From contig JAAYVP010000023.1 in assembly GCA_012517115.1 (NCBI GenBank), positions 1 to 47,156 on the forward strand: a stretch of DNA of 47,156 nucleotides, given 5' to 3'. Shown here one piece after another: positions 35,737-44,595 of the stretch. The translations under genes and the position numbers were made by a program. The notes below the pieces were generated by a model that saw nothing but the letters and a program-made list of their open reading frames with translations, had not been told where the DNA came from and searched no databases. How positions within the stretch are numbered: position 1 is the stretch's first letter; each line of letters begins with the position of its first letter. This DNA is from Brooklawnia sp. Lineage in GTDB: Bacteria > Actinomycetota > Actinomycetes > Propionibacteriales > Propionibacteriaceae.

Positions 35737-37191
35737 TCAGTTGTTGCCGCTGGTGAGCTTCTCGCGAAGCTCCTGCAGGGCCTCGTCGAACGCGAGCGAG
35801 CCTTCGCCTGCTGCGGGTTCTGAGGCATAACCGGCGGGCGCCGCCGACTGCGCCGCAACTGAGGCAGCGGACTCCTCCGCCTCTGCAGCCTGCTTCTTGA
35901 GCGCCAGCCAACGGGCCTGCGCCTCGGCATACTGGGTCTCCCAGGCAGCCTGCTGCTCCTCGAAGCCGGGCTTCCACTCGTTGGTCTCCGGGTCGAAGCC
36001 CTCCGGGTAGATGTAGTTGCCCTGCTCGTCGTAGCTGGCGGTCATGCCGTACAGCGACGGGTCGAAGTCGTCCGCGGCGATGTCGACGCCTTGGTTGGCC
36101 TGCTTAAGGCTCAGCGAGATACGACGACGATCCAGGTCGATGTCGATGATCTTGACCATGACGTCATCGTCGACCGAGACGACCTGTTCGGGGATCTCGA
36201 CGTGGCGCTCGGCCAGCTCGGAGACATGCACAAGGCCCTCGATGCCATCCTCGACCCGCACGAAGGCGCCGAACGGCACCAGCTTGGTGACCTTGCCGGG
36301 CACGATCTCACCGATCTGGTGCGTGCGCGCGAACGTCTGCCAAGGATCCTCCTGGGTCGCCTTGAGCGACAGGGAGACGCGCTCACGGTCAAGCTCAACG
36401 TCCTTAACCTCGACGGTTACCTGCTGACCGACTTCGACAACCTCGCTCGGGTGGTCGATGTGCTTCCAGCTGAGTTCAGAGACGTGCACCAGGCCGTCCA
36501 CACCGCCCAAATCGACGAAGGCGCCGAAGTTGACGATGGACGAGACCACGCCCTTGCGAATCTGGCCCTTCTGCAACTGGTGCAGGAAGCTCTGACGAAC
36601 CTCGGACTGGGTCTGCTCGAGCCAGGCACGACGGCTGAGCACCACATTGTTGCGGTTCTTGTCGAGCTCGATGATCTTGGCCTCGATCTCCTGGCTCACG
36701 TATGGCTGCAAGTCGCGCACGCGGCGCATTTCTACCAAAGATGCCGGCAGGAAACCCCGCAGGCCGATGTCGACAATCAGGCCGCCCTTGACCACCTCAA
36801 TAACGGTACCGGCGACGACGCCGTCCTCCTCCTTGATCTTTTCGATCGTGCCCCAGGCGCGCTCGTACTGGGCGCGCTTCTTGGACAGGATGAGGCGTCC
36901 CTCCTTGTCCTCCTTCTGCTGGACGAGGGCTTCCACCTCGTCACCCACCTGGACGACATCGAACGGATCGACATCATGCTTGATGGACAGTTCCTTGGAG
37001 GGAATGACACCTTCGGTCTTGTAACCGATATCGAGGAGTACCTCATCTCGGTCGACCTTAACGACGGTGCCGGTGACGATGTCGCCGTCATTGAAGTACT
37101 TGATGGTGGAATCGACCGCGGCCTCGAAGGCTTCCGGCGTGCCGATGTCGTCGATTGCGACCTGGTTCGAGGCCTCAGTTGAGGAGGTCAT
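35737..37191 (-). CDS. rpsA: 30S ribosomal protein S1
   Basis: Four S1 repeats (DIGYKTEG, DIGLRGFLP, FGAFVDLGGVDGLVHVSELSW, FGAFVRVEDGIEGLVH); ATG 37191. Confidence 0.98.
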   Translation of the reverse strand: MTSSTEASNQVAIDDIGTPEAFEAAVDSTIKYFNDGDIVTGTVVKVDRDEVLLDIGYKTEGVIPSKELSIKHDVDPFDVVQVGDEVEALVQQKEDKEGRLILSKKRAQYERAWGTIEKIKEEDGVVAGTVIEVVKGGLIVDIGLRGFLPASLVEMRRVRDLQPYVSQEIEAKIIELDKNRNNVVLSRRAWLEQTQSEVRQSFLHQLQKGQIRKGVVSSIVNFGAFVDLGGVDGLVHVSELSWKHIDHPSEVVEVGQQVTVEVKDVELDRERVSLSLKATQEDPWQTFARTHQIGEIVPGKVTKLVPFGAFVRVEDGIEGLVHVSELAERHVEIPEQVVSVDDDVMVKIIDIDLDRRRISLSLKQANQGVDIAADDFDPSLYGMTASYDEQGNYIYPEGFDPETNEWKPGFEEQQAAWETQYAEAQARWLALKKQAAEAEESAASVAAQSAAPAGYASEPAAGEGSLAFDEALQELREKLTSGNN

Positions 37192-37385
37192 GTAGTAGGG
37201 CTCCGATTGCTGGTTGTGTTGTTGTCTGGACGCAGGGTGACCTGTCACGATGCGTCCAGTGAACCAGCTCAGCCAATATCAAACGACCCGTCGATCTGCA
37301 GGGGCCGTTCGTCCGGTTGAGCGGCGTGTCACACCGCACGTGCCGCCTGCTCCGTCCGAGGCGACCCGAGCCACAATGCCGTTCT

Positions 37386-37415
37386 ATTCTACTTGCGCCC
37401 GCGCGTGAGGGTCAA
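37386..37415 (-). promoter_or_regulatory. rpsA promoter TTGACC-N18-TAGAAT
   Basis: Near-consensus -35 (37415-37410) and -10 (37391-37386). Confidence 0.7.
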
Positions 37416-37490
37416 TCTCGTGTCGACAAGCGTGCGAAGCGGCTTGCTACACTCGGTTGAGTTTCGCTGAATTCGACAACCACGTGGGGG

Positions 37491-38204
37491 ATGCGCACGA
37501 TGACAAGCCGCAGGATCGCGAAACCGCTGATCCTAGTCTTCGCCCTCGGCGTGGCGCTCGCTGGCATCTGGCTGATCATGCGGCAATTCACGGAAATCAC
37601 CAACTCGACTCAACGACCGGTCCTGACCGGCCCGAATGCACCCGGAGCCAACGAAGTCGACAGACCCGAGCCGAACGACGCCCAGCAGTCGATTCGGGTT
37701 CCCCAGGGCTGCCCTTTCGATCCGCAGCCGATCGCCAACCCGGTGTCGATGACCCTGATCGCTCAAGGCCTCGACTTTCCGATGATCTCGGTCGGGCTGG
37801 CCGCAGACGGCTCGCCCGGGACACCCCCTGACGACGAGGGATACACGGTCGCCTGGTACAGCGGTGGTCCCTTACTCGGGTCGAGTCAGGGCAAGGCCGT
37901 GCTCACTAGCCACACCTTCCGCAATGGCGGGGCGCTGGGCAACAAGCTCAATCTCGGCCTCCTCAAGCCGGGTGACATCGTCCGATTCAACGACGCGGGG
38001 GGCAATTCCGCCTGCTATCGCTACACGGGCAACCAGCACCTGCTAGTCGCCGACTACGACCCCCAATCCGATCTCATCTATGCTCCGGACGGGGCGGCGC
38101 AGTTCGCCCTCATCGTCTGCTCCGACTACGTCGCTACCGGAGAGGCCATCGGACGGGTGATCTACTTCGGCCAGCTGATCACCGGCCCGCTCGCCGACGG
38201 CTGA
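37491..38204 (+). CDS. Class F sortase
   Basis: N-terminal TM anchor; VAWY..GP..G..QGKAVLTSH (His), LIVC (Cys), GRVI (Arg). Start may be 37500. Confidence 0.82.
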   Translation: MRTMTSRRIAKPLILVFALGVALAGIWLIMRQFTEITNSTQRPVLTGPNAPGANEVDRPEPNDAQQSIRVPQGCPFDPQPIANPVSMTLIAQGLDFPMISVGLAADGSPGTPPDDEGYTVAWYSGGPLLGSSQGKAVLTSHTFRNGGALGNKLNLGLLKPGDIVRFNDAGGNSACYRYTGNQHLLVADYDPQSDLIYAPDGAAQFALIVCSDYVATGEAIGRVIYFGQLITGPLADG

Positions 38205-38208
38205 ACGC

Positions 38209-40908
38209 TCAGTGCGCAGCTGCCAGCCACGTGTCTCCATAGCCGATTGAGACGTCCAGCGGCACCTTGAGGTCGGCGGCGCCAGCCATCTTCTCGCGGA
38301 CCAGTTCGGTGACGACATCTCGTTCATCGGGAGCCACTTCGAGTACCAACTCGTCGTGAATCTGCAGCAGGATCCGCGACCGCAGACCGGCCCGGGTCAA
38401 GGCGTCGTCCAGCCGGATCATGGCGATCTTGATGATGTCGGCGGCCGAGCCCTGGATCGGCGCATTGAGGGCCATCCGCTCGGCCATCTCGCGACGCTGT
38501 CGGTTCGAAGAAGTCAGGTCGGGCAGATACCGGCGGCGTCCCAGGATGGTCTCGGTGTAGCCGGTCCGGCGGGCCTGCGCGACGATCTCGTTCAGATAGT
38601 CGCGCACCCCACCGAACGTGGTGAAGTAGTCGTCCATCAGTTCACGAGCCTCACCCACCGAGACACCCAGCCGGGTGGACAGTCCATAGGCCGACAGCCC
38701 GTAGGCCAGACCGTAGTTCATCTGCTTGACGCCGGCCCGCTGGCTGCCGGTCACCTCGTCCAGCGGCACCCCAAAAACCTTGGACGCGGTGACGGTATGG
38801 AAGTCGACGCCGCTGCGAAAGGCCTCGATCAGGTCAGTATCGCCCGAGGCATCAGCCATCACCCGCATCTCGATCTGTGAGTAGTCGGCGCTCAGCAGTG
38901 CCTCGAAACCAGCCCCCACCACGAACGCGGCCCGTACCCGGCGTCCCTCGTCGGTGCGGATCGGGATGTTCTGCAGGTTCGGGTCGGCCGAGCTGAGCCG
39001 GCCGGTCGCAGCGATGGTCTGCAGATAGGTGGTGTGCACCCGCCCGTCGTCCTGTACCGCTTTGCGCAGGCCTTCGACGGCTTGCCGGAGTTTGACTGAG
39101 TCACGGTGGGCCAGCAAGTGGGCAAGGAACGGGTGCTCGGTTCGCGCGTACAGGCCCTCCAGCGCCTCGGCGTCGGTGGTGTAGCCCGACTTGATCTTCT
39201 TGGTGCGCGGCAGATCAAGCTGGTCGAAAAGCACTGCCTGCAATTGCTTTGGCGAGCCGAGATTAACCTGCTTCCCCACCGCCTCCCAGGCAGCCTGCTC
39301 GGCTGCGCGGACCCGGATGTCGAACTCGGCGTAGAGACCATCCAACACATCGGTGTCCAGCGCAATACCAGAGCGTTCCATCCGGGCCAGGATGAATTGC
39401 AACGGCATCTCGACCTCGTCGAGCAGACTGCGCTGACCCAGCGCGTCCAATTCACCGACCAGCGCCGCCGCCAGATCGACGATTGCCCGGGCCCGCACCA
39501 TGGCAGCCTCGGCTTGCTCGTCGGGTGAGCCATCGCCGAAGTCGAGCATCAACTGCTCGGGGTCTGCACCGGATGGGTCCACGCGCAACTCACGCTTCAA
39601 GTGCCGGATCGACAGGTCGGCGAGGTCGTAACTGCGCTGGTCGGGACGCAGCAGGTAAGCCGCCAGTTCGGAATCGCAGACCAGTCCCGCAAGCTGCCAG
39701 CCGTGCTGCCAGATCGCCAGCAGCGGCCCTTTCGCGGCGTGCATGGCCTTGCCACGTTCCGGATCGGCCAGCCACCCCGCCAGCGCCTGTTCATCGGCCA
39801 GTTCAAGGTCGGCGACTTCGAACCAGCAGGCGGCCCCGTCGGCGCTGGCCAGCGCCACCGCCGACAATTCACCTGTGCCGGAGCCCCACCGCCCGACAGC
39901 GTCCAGCCCAGTCAGTTTCCCGGCGGCATGGGCGGCCAGCCAACCAGCCAGCTCGCCCGGGCGAAGGCGCTGACCAGCCAACTCGAAACCCGCACCCACC
40001 GGAGCATCGTCGATCGGGAAGGTCTCCAGCAGCCGGTCGCGCAGCACCCGGAACTCCAGTGCGTCGAAGAGCCGATGAACAGCGTCGCGGTTGTAGCTTC
40101 GCGCAGCCAGGTCGTCCAGGCTGACCGGCAAAGCCAGCCCCCGCACTAGGTGGTTCAACTGACGATTGCGACGCACGTCGTCCAGGTGCGCTCGCAGCGA
40201 ATCGCCGACCTTGCCCCGCACCTGGTCGGCGCGGATCAACAGGTTCTCCAGACTGCCGTAGCCGGTGAGCCACTTGGCGGCGGTCTTTACTCCGACCCCG
40301 GGCACCCCAGGCAGGTTATCGCTGGTCTCCCCCACCAAGGCCGCCAACTCCGGGTACTGCTTCGGCCCCACCCCGTACTTCGCCTCGATCGCCGCGGGGG
40401 TGATCCGGGACAGCTCACTGACTCCGCGCACCGGGTAGAGCACGGTGGTGTGGTCGTCTACCAGCTGGAAGGTGTCGCGGTCCCCGGTGACGACGACACT
40501 GGTCCAGCCTCGCTGGTCGGCCTGGTCGGTAAGAGTGGCGATGATGTCGTCAGCCTCGTAACCATCGAGACTGACGTGCACGACGTTCAGTGCGTCCAAC
40601 ACCTCTTGGATCAGGCTCACCTGACCAGCGAACTCGTCCGGGCTCTTCGACCGGGTCGCCTTGTAGGCGGAGTACTGCTCGGCGCGGAAGGTGGCTCTGG
40701 AGACGTCGAATGCCACGGCCACGTGGGTTGGTTGCTCGTCGCGAAGCACGTTGATCAGCATCGACGTGAAACCGTAGACAGCGTTGGTGTGCTGACCGGA
40801 CGCGGTCGCGAAATTCTCGGCGGGCAGTGCGTAAAACGCCCGGTACGCCATCGAATGGCCGTCGATAAGCATGACCTTAGGCTGGACGCTGGTCGTTGGG
40901 TCGGTCAC
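38209..40908 (-). CDS. polA: DNA polymerase I
   Basis: IDGHSMAYRAF, EADD, TGRLSS.DPNLQNIP, ADYSQIEMR, YGLAYG, QIHDELV; GTG 40908. Confidence 0.98.
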   Translation of the reverse strand: MTDPTTSVQPKVMLIDGHSMAYRAFYALPAENFATASGQHTNAVYGFTSMLINVLRDEQPTHVAVAFDVSRATFRAEQYSAYKATRSKSPDEFAGQVSLIQEVLDALNVVHVSLDGYEADDIIATLTDQADQRGWTSVVVTGDRDTFQLVDDHTTVLYPVRGVSELSRITPAAIEAKYGVGPKQYPELAALVGETSDNLPGVPGVGVKTAAKWLTGYGSLENLLIRADQVRGKVGDSLRAHLDDVRRNRQLNHLVRGLALPVSLDDLAARSYNRDAVHRLFDALEFRVLRDRLLETFPIDDAPVGAGFELAGQRLRPGELAGWLAAHAAGKLTGLDAVGRWGSGTGELSAVALASADGAACWFEVADLELADEQALAGWLADPERGKAMHAAKGPLLAIWQHGWQLAGLVCDSELAAYLLRPDQRSYDLADLSIRHLKRELRVDPSGADPEQLMLDFGDGSPDEQAEAAMVRARAIVDLAAALVGELDALGQRSLLDEVEMPLQFILARMERSGIALDTDVLDGLYAEFDIRVRAAEQAAWEAVGKQVNLGSPKQLQAVLFDQLDLPRTKKIKSGYTTDAEALEGLYARTEHPFLAHLLAHRDSVKLRQAVEGLRKAVQDDGRVHTTYLQTIAATGRLSSADPNLQNIPIRTDEGRRVRAAFVVGAGFEALLSADYSQIEMRVMADASGDTDLIEAFRSGVDFHTVTASKVFGVPLDEVTGSQRAGVKQMNYGLAYGLSAYGLSTRLGVSVGEARELMDDYFTTFGGVRDYLNEIVAQARRTGYTETILGRRRYLPDLTSSNRQRREMAERMALNAPIQGSAADIIKIAMIRLDDALTRAGLRSRILLQIHDELVLEVAPDERDVVTELVREKMAGAADLKVPLDVSIGYGDTWLAAAH

Positions 40909-40915
40909 CTGCCCG

Positions 40916-40937
40916 ACTGTAGTCGGCCGGCCCGACA
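40916..40937 (-). promoter_or_regulatory. RecA-NDp/PafBC-like promoter of polA (TGTCGG-N10-TACAGT)
   Basis: Exact TGTCGG-N10-TANNNT, 7 nt before the GTG. Confidence 0.78.
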
Positions 40938-40965
40938 CAACTACAGCCTGTGCCACAGTAACCCC

Positions 40966-41364
40966 ATGACTGACGAGCAGCACCAGCTCCGCAACACCTG
41001 GGTCAGCCCCTTCGACACGAAGCTGGGCCTCGAGGTCACTTTTGTGAGTGCCCAGCGCGTGATCGGGCGCGCTCCAGTCGCCGGAAACACCCAGCCGTTC
41101 GGGCTATGGCACGGTGGGGCCACCGCGGCAATCATGGAAACGCTTGGCTCGCTCGGCGCGAACGCCCACGCGGGCCCTGGTCGCCGGGCGGTCGGGACCG
41201 AACTCAACGTCAGCCACCTACGCAGCACCACCCAGGGTTGGGTACACGCCCAGGCCAGCGCCGTGCACTTGGGGCGCACGAGCGCGGTCTACCAGATAGA
41301 CGTGCGTGACGACGAAGGACAGCTCCTCGCGTCCGGTCGGCTGAGCTGCCGATTGCTGGATTGA
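40966..41364 (+). CDS. PaaI/hotdog-fold thioesterase
   Basis: GNTQPFGLWHGGA, ETLGS, VGTELNVSH; divergent from polA. Confidence 0.92.
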   Translation: MTDEQHQLRNTWVSPFDTKLGLEVTFVSAQRVIGRAPVAGNTQPFGLWHGGATAAIMETLGSLGANAHAGPGRRAVGTELNVSHLRSTTQGWVHAQASAVHLGRTSAVYQIDVRDDEGQLLASGRLSCRLLD

Positions 41365-41382
41365 GCGACAGCCGTCCCTGAG

Positions 41383-42000
41383 TCAAGACGTCTTGCGACT
41401 GGCCTTCGCGTGGTCGATGACGCCCTCGGCGACCTCACGCATCGATTTGCGCAGGTCCATCGCGGTCTTCTGGATCCATCGGAAGGCCTCCGGCTCGGTC
41501 AGGCCCAGGCTCTCCTGCAGGATGCCCTTGGCCTGGTCGATGATCTTGCGAGACGCCAGTCGCTCCTCAAGATCTTCGATCTCGTCGTCCAGCGCACGGA
41601 TCTCGGCGTAACGAGCAATTGCGATCTCAATGGCGGGCACTACATCAGAGGCATCGAACGGCTTCACCACATAGGCCATTGCGCCCGCCTCACGGGCCTG
41701 CTCCACCAGGTCGCGCTGGCTGAACGCCGTGAGCATCACCACCGGAGCGATCCGCTCAGAGGCGATGATCTCGGCCGCGGCGATGCCGTCCATCTTCGGC
41801 ATCTTGACGTCCATCACGACTAGGTCGGGCTCCAGCTCGCGAGCCATCTCGACGGCCGCTTCACCGTCGCCGGCCTGGCCCACAACCTCATAGCCCTCGT
41901 CAGTGAGGAGCTCTACGAGATCGAACCGAATCAGCGCCTCGTCTTCAGCGACGAGAACGCGCGGCGGCTGGCCTGCACCCGCCTTTGTGGTGTCACTCAC
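41383..42000 (-). CDS. ANTAR-domain response regulator (PdtaR-like)
   Basis: Receiver domain (VAEDE, MDVKMP, YVVKPF) plus ANTAR (RKIIDQAKGIL...EAFRWIQKTAMD). Confidence 0.95.
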   Translation of the reverse strand: MSDTTKAGAGQPPRVLVAEDEALIRFDLVELLTDEGYEVVGQAGDGEAAVEMARELEPDLVVMDVKMPKMDGIAAAEIIASERIAPVVMLTAFSQRDLVEQAREAGAMAYVVKPFDASDVVPAIEIAIARYAEIRALDDEIEDLEERLASRKIIDQAKGILQESLGLTEPEAFRWIQKTAMDLRKSMREVAEGVIDHAKASRKTS

Positions 42001-42187
42001 AGCGTTTCCCTTATCCGCACGTCCGGCGGCTCCGGACGACTATCTGTCTGATTAGGTCGCTCCACACGGAACCACCTCGGCAGGAGTTTACCGCACGCAG
42101 ACGCGGACATGTCCCGCCGACATCACCGCCAGACCGACCCCGTGTGACGCCACCGCGGCTGATGTGTAACAATGGTGCGGTTGTCAG

Positions 42188-42273
42188 GCCCGGGTGGCGG
42201 AATGGTATACGCGGACGGCTCAAACCCGTCTGGCCGCAAGGCTGTAGGGGTTCGACTCCCCTCCCGGGCACCA
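42188..42273 (+). tRNA. tRNA-Leu(CAA)
   Basis: GCCCGGG/CCCGGGC acceptor stem with ACCA end; anticodon arm GACGG-CTCAAAC-CCGTC (CAA at 42221-42223); long variable arm; GGTTCGACTCC T-arm. Confidence 0.96.
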
Positions 42274-42495
42274 GACGCGCAGCGTCCGAACATGGTCGCT
42301 AAACCGTCACCTTGGGGCCGGATTTCGGGTCGTTCAGCCAACCGAGCAGACCGACTTGCGTAGGCTGCTGCCAAGATTGAGATACGCTGGCTGAAACAGC
42401 TGACCGGATCCCAGTTGATCACTTTGACCTCAACGGTGAGGCCGAATCGTGACAGCAGACCGCAGCTTCAATCTACCCAAGCAGGAACCCCCGCC

Positions 42496-42978
42496 ATGAG
42501 CGTTGCCGATCGAAATCCCGCAGCCGAGATGTGGTCCGAGCAGTCGGGCCGCGTCACCACCCAGCAGACGCAGCTGATCTTCCGTGCTCCGGATGCGGAG
42601 ACAACCCTGCCTTTGGAGAAGGTCATCGAAATCGTCGACCTCGTCGAGACACTGCGCTTGTCGTCTGGCGCAGCCGAACTTGGTGAAATGGCAGAGCTGC
42701 TGGCCTTCGCCGACCGGATCGATTTGCTGCTCGTTCCCAGCGGGACGTCCGACAAGGTGCTCCACATCGGCGCAGCCGAGAAGTCGTTGTTGAACCTGCT
42801 CCTCGCTCAACCGCAGATCCGGGCAGCCCAGCCTCAATCGGACTCTGTGGTCTGCCCCGGCTGTGGAGCCAAGCGAACCGAACTGCTGCTGACCCGATGC
42901 CCGGACTGCGGACACGACTTCACAGCGGACGCCGGTCTCGAAGCTGTGTGGAGTCGGCCACTCGAACCGCCACACTGA
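42496..42978 (+). CDS. Hypothetical protein with C-terminal zinc ribbon
   Basis: GC3-rich ORF, AGGA upstream of ATG 42496; CPGC...CPDC. Confidence 0.7.
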   Translation: MSVADRNPAAEMWSEQSGRVTTQQTQLIFRAPDAETTLPLEKVIEIVDLVETLRLSSGAAELGEMAELLAFADRIDLLLVPSGTSDKVLHIGAAEKSLLNLLLAQPQIRAAQPQSDSVVCPGCGAKRTELLLTRCPDCGHDFTADAGLEAVWSRPLEPPH

Positions 42979-43021
42979 TCTCTCCACACAACGACCCGTC
43001 CAGCCAACGTGTCACGCGGAC

Positions 43022-43120
43022 TCAGTCGCGCAGCGCGAAGGTGCCGACACCCGAGGGGGTGATCAAGGCGTCCGAGCCCGGCAACGTTGCCGCGACCCGG
43101 ACGCCGGTCCCCACCGTCAC
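43022..43120 (-). CDS. Small 32-aa ORF or gene remnant coupled to pyk
   Basis: GTGA overlap with the pyk stop; MTVGTGVRVAATLPGSDALITPSGVGTFALRD; 30 of 32 codons end in G/C. Confidence 0.5.
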   Translation of the reverse strand: MTVGTGVRVAATLPGSDALITPSGVGTFALRD

Positions 43121-44565
43121 TCCACTTCGGCAGCGGCCGCTTCTTCAGTCCAACTGGTGGGTTGCAGACGATGCACCCGCAGCAAGTTCGTCTTACCCGC
43201 GATCGCCATCGGGGACCCGGCCACGATGACCACTCGCTCGCCGACCGCAGCCAGATCGCGTTCCTGCAGGATCTGGTTCACCGCAGTCACCATGTCTTCG
43301 TGCCGGACGTAGAACGGCGTGATGTAGACCTGCGCACCCCAGCACAGCGTCAGCCAGTGCGCCGTCTTGACCTCGGGGGTGAAGACCACCAGCGGAGTCC
43401 TGCTGCGTAGCCGCGACATCCGCCGTGCGGTGTCTCCGGATTTGGTGAAGGCGACCATAAGGCGTGCATCTAGTTGGCTGGCCGCTTGGGCAGCGGCCAT
43501 CGCGATGACCCCGCCTGTGGTGTGCGGATCCCACTCGATCTTGCTGATCTCTCTAATGCCCGCGTCCTCGGTCTTCTGGACGATCCGGGACATGGTCTGT
43601 ACAGCCTCGATCGGATAGGCGCCCACGGAGGTTTCACCGGACAGCATTACCGCATCCGCACCATCAAGGATCGCGTTGGCCACATCGGAGGTTTCGGCAC
43701 GCGTGGGCCGAGGGGCACTGATCATGGATTCGAGCATCTGGGTGGCGACAATCACCGGCTTGGCCCATCTGCGGGCCGCCCGGATGATTCTCTTTTGCAC
43801 CAGCGGGACACCCTCCAGAGGCAACTCCACACCGAGGTCACCGCGAGCGACCATGAAACCATCGAAAGCGTCGATGATCTCATCGAGGTTTTCAACCGCC
43901 TGCGGCTTCTCAATCTTGGCGATCACAGGCAGTTGCACGCCTTCCTCGGCCATGATCTCGTGTACCCGCTTGATGTCATTTGCGCTGCGCACGAACGACA
44001 AGGCGATCATGTCGAAGTCATTGCGCAGGGCCCAACGCAGGTCATCCTCGTCCTTCTCGCTAAGTGCAGGAACGTTGACCGCCACACCGGGCAGGTTGAT
44101 GCCCTTGTGGTTGCTCACCGGCCCAGCCACGGTAACTCGAGTGACCACGTCGGTGTCGGTCACCTCGACCGCCTGCAACCCGATTCGCCCATCATCGATC
44201 AGGATGGTGTCACCCGGCTTGACGTCGGCCGGCAGTCCCTTGAAGGTGGTCGACGCGCGGTGTTCATCACCTTCCACGTCGTCGGTGGTGATGGTGAACG
44301 TCTGGCCGTAGGTGAGATCAACCTTGCCCTCGGCAAAGTTACCCAACCGGATCTTGGGGCCCTGGAGGTCGGCCAGCAGCCCGATCGTCTTCCCCACTGC
44401 ATCGGAGGCGGCGCGGGTCTCGTCCAGCCGCCTCTTGTGCTCGGTATGGTCGCCGTGACTCATGTTGAATCTCGCGACGTCAAGCCCCGCACGGATAAGC
44501 TCTTCCATTCGCTCCTGGGTCGAGGTGGCCGGCCCGAGGGTGCACACAATCTTCGCTCTACGCAC
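43117..44565 (-). CDS. pyk: Pyruvate kinase
   Basis: KIVCTLGPA, DLQGPKIR, IAKIEK, MVARGDLGVE, DAVMLSGET. Confidence 0.98.
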   Translation of the reverse strand: MRRAKIVCTLGPATSTQERMEELIRAGLDVARFNMSHGDHTEHKRRLDETRAASDAVGKTIGLLADLQGPKIRLGNFAEGKVDLTYGQTFTITTDDVEGDEHRASTTFKGLPADVKPGDTILIDDGRIGLQAVEVTDTDVVTRVTVAGPVSNHKGINLPGVAVNVPALSEKDEDDLRWALRNDFDMIALSFVRSANDIKRVHEIMAEEGVQLPVIAKIEKPQAVENLDEIIDAFDGFMVARGDLGVELPLEGVPLVQKRIIRAARRWAKPVIVATQMLESMISAPRPTRAETSDVANAILDGADAVMLSGETSVGAYPIEAVQTMSRIVQKTEDAGIREISKIEWDPHTTGGVIAMAAAQAASQLDARLMVAFTKSGDTARRMSRLRSRTPLVVFTPEVKTAHWLTLCWGAQVYITPFYVRHEDMVTAVNQILQERDLAAVGERVVIVAGSPMAIAGKTNLLRVHRLQPTSWTEEAAAAEVE

Positions 44566-44595
44566 GTCGTCTACCCTAGCGGAACTCGCTACGGT

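Noticed and set aside
42020-42038. Hairpin upstream of the ANTAR regulator as an autoregulatory ANTAR target
   Set aside because: Single stem with a 5-nt loop; ANTAR targets need two hexaloop hairpins.
42188-43120. Integrated element at tRNA-Leu
   Set aside because: No integrase and no duplicated tRNA 3' end seen.
44566-44595. rluA directly next to pyk as a sign of a large deletion
   Set aside because: Could simply be the normal order in this family; no scar is visible.
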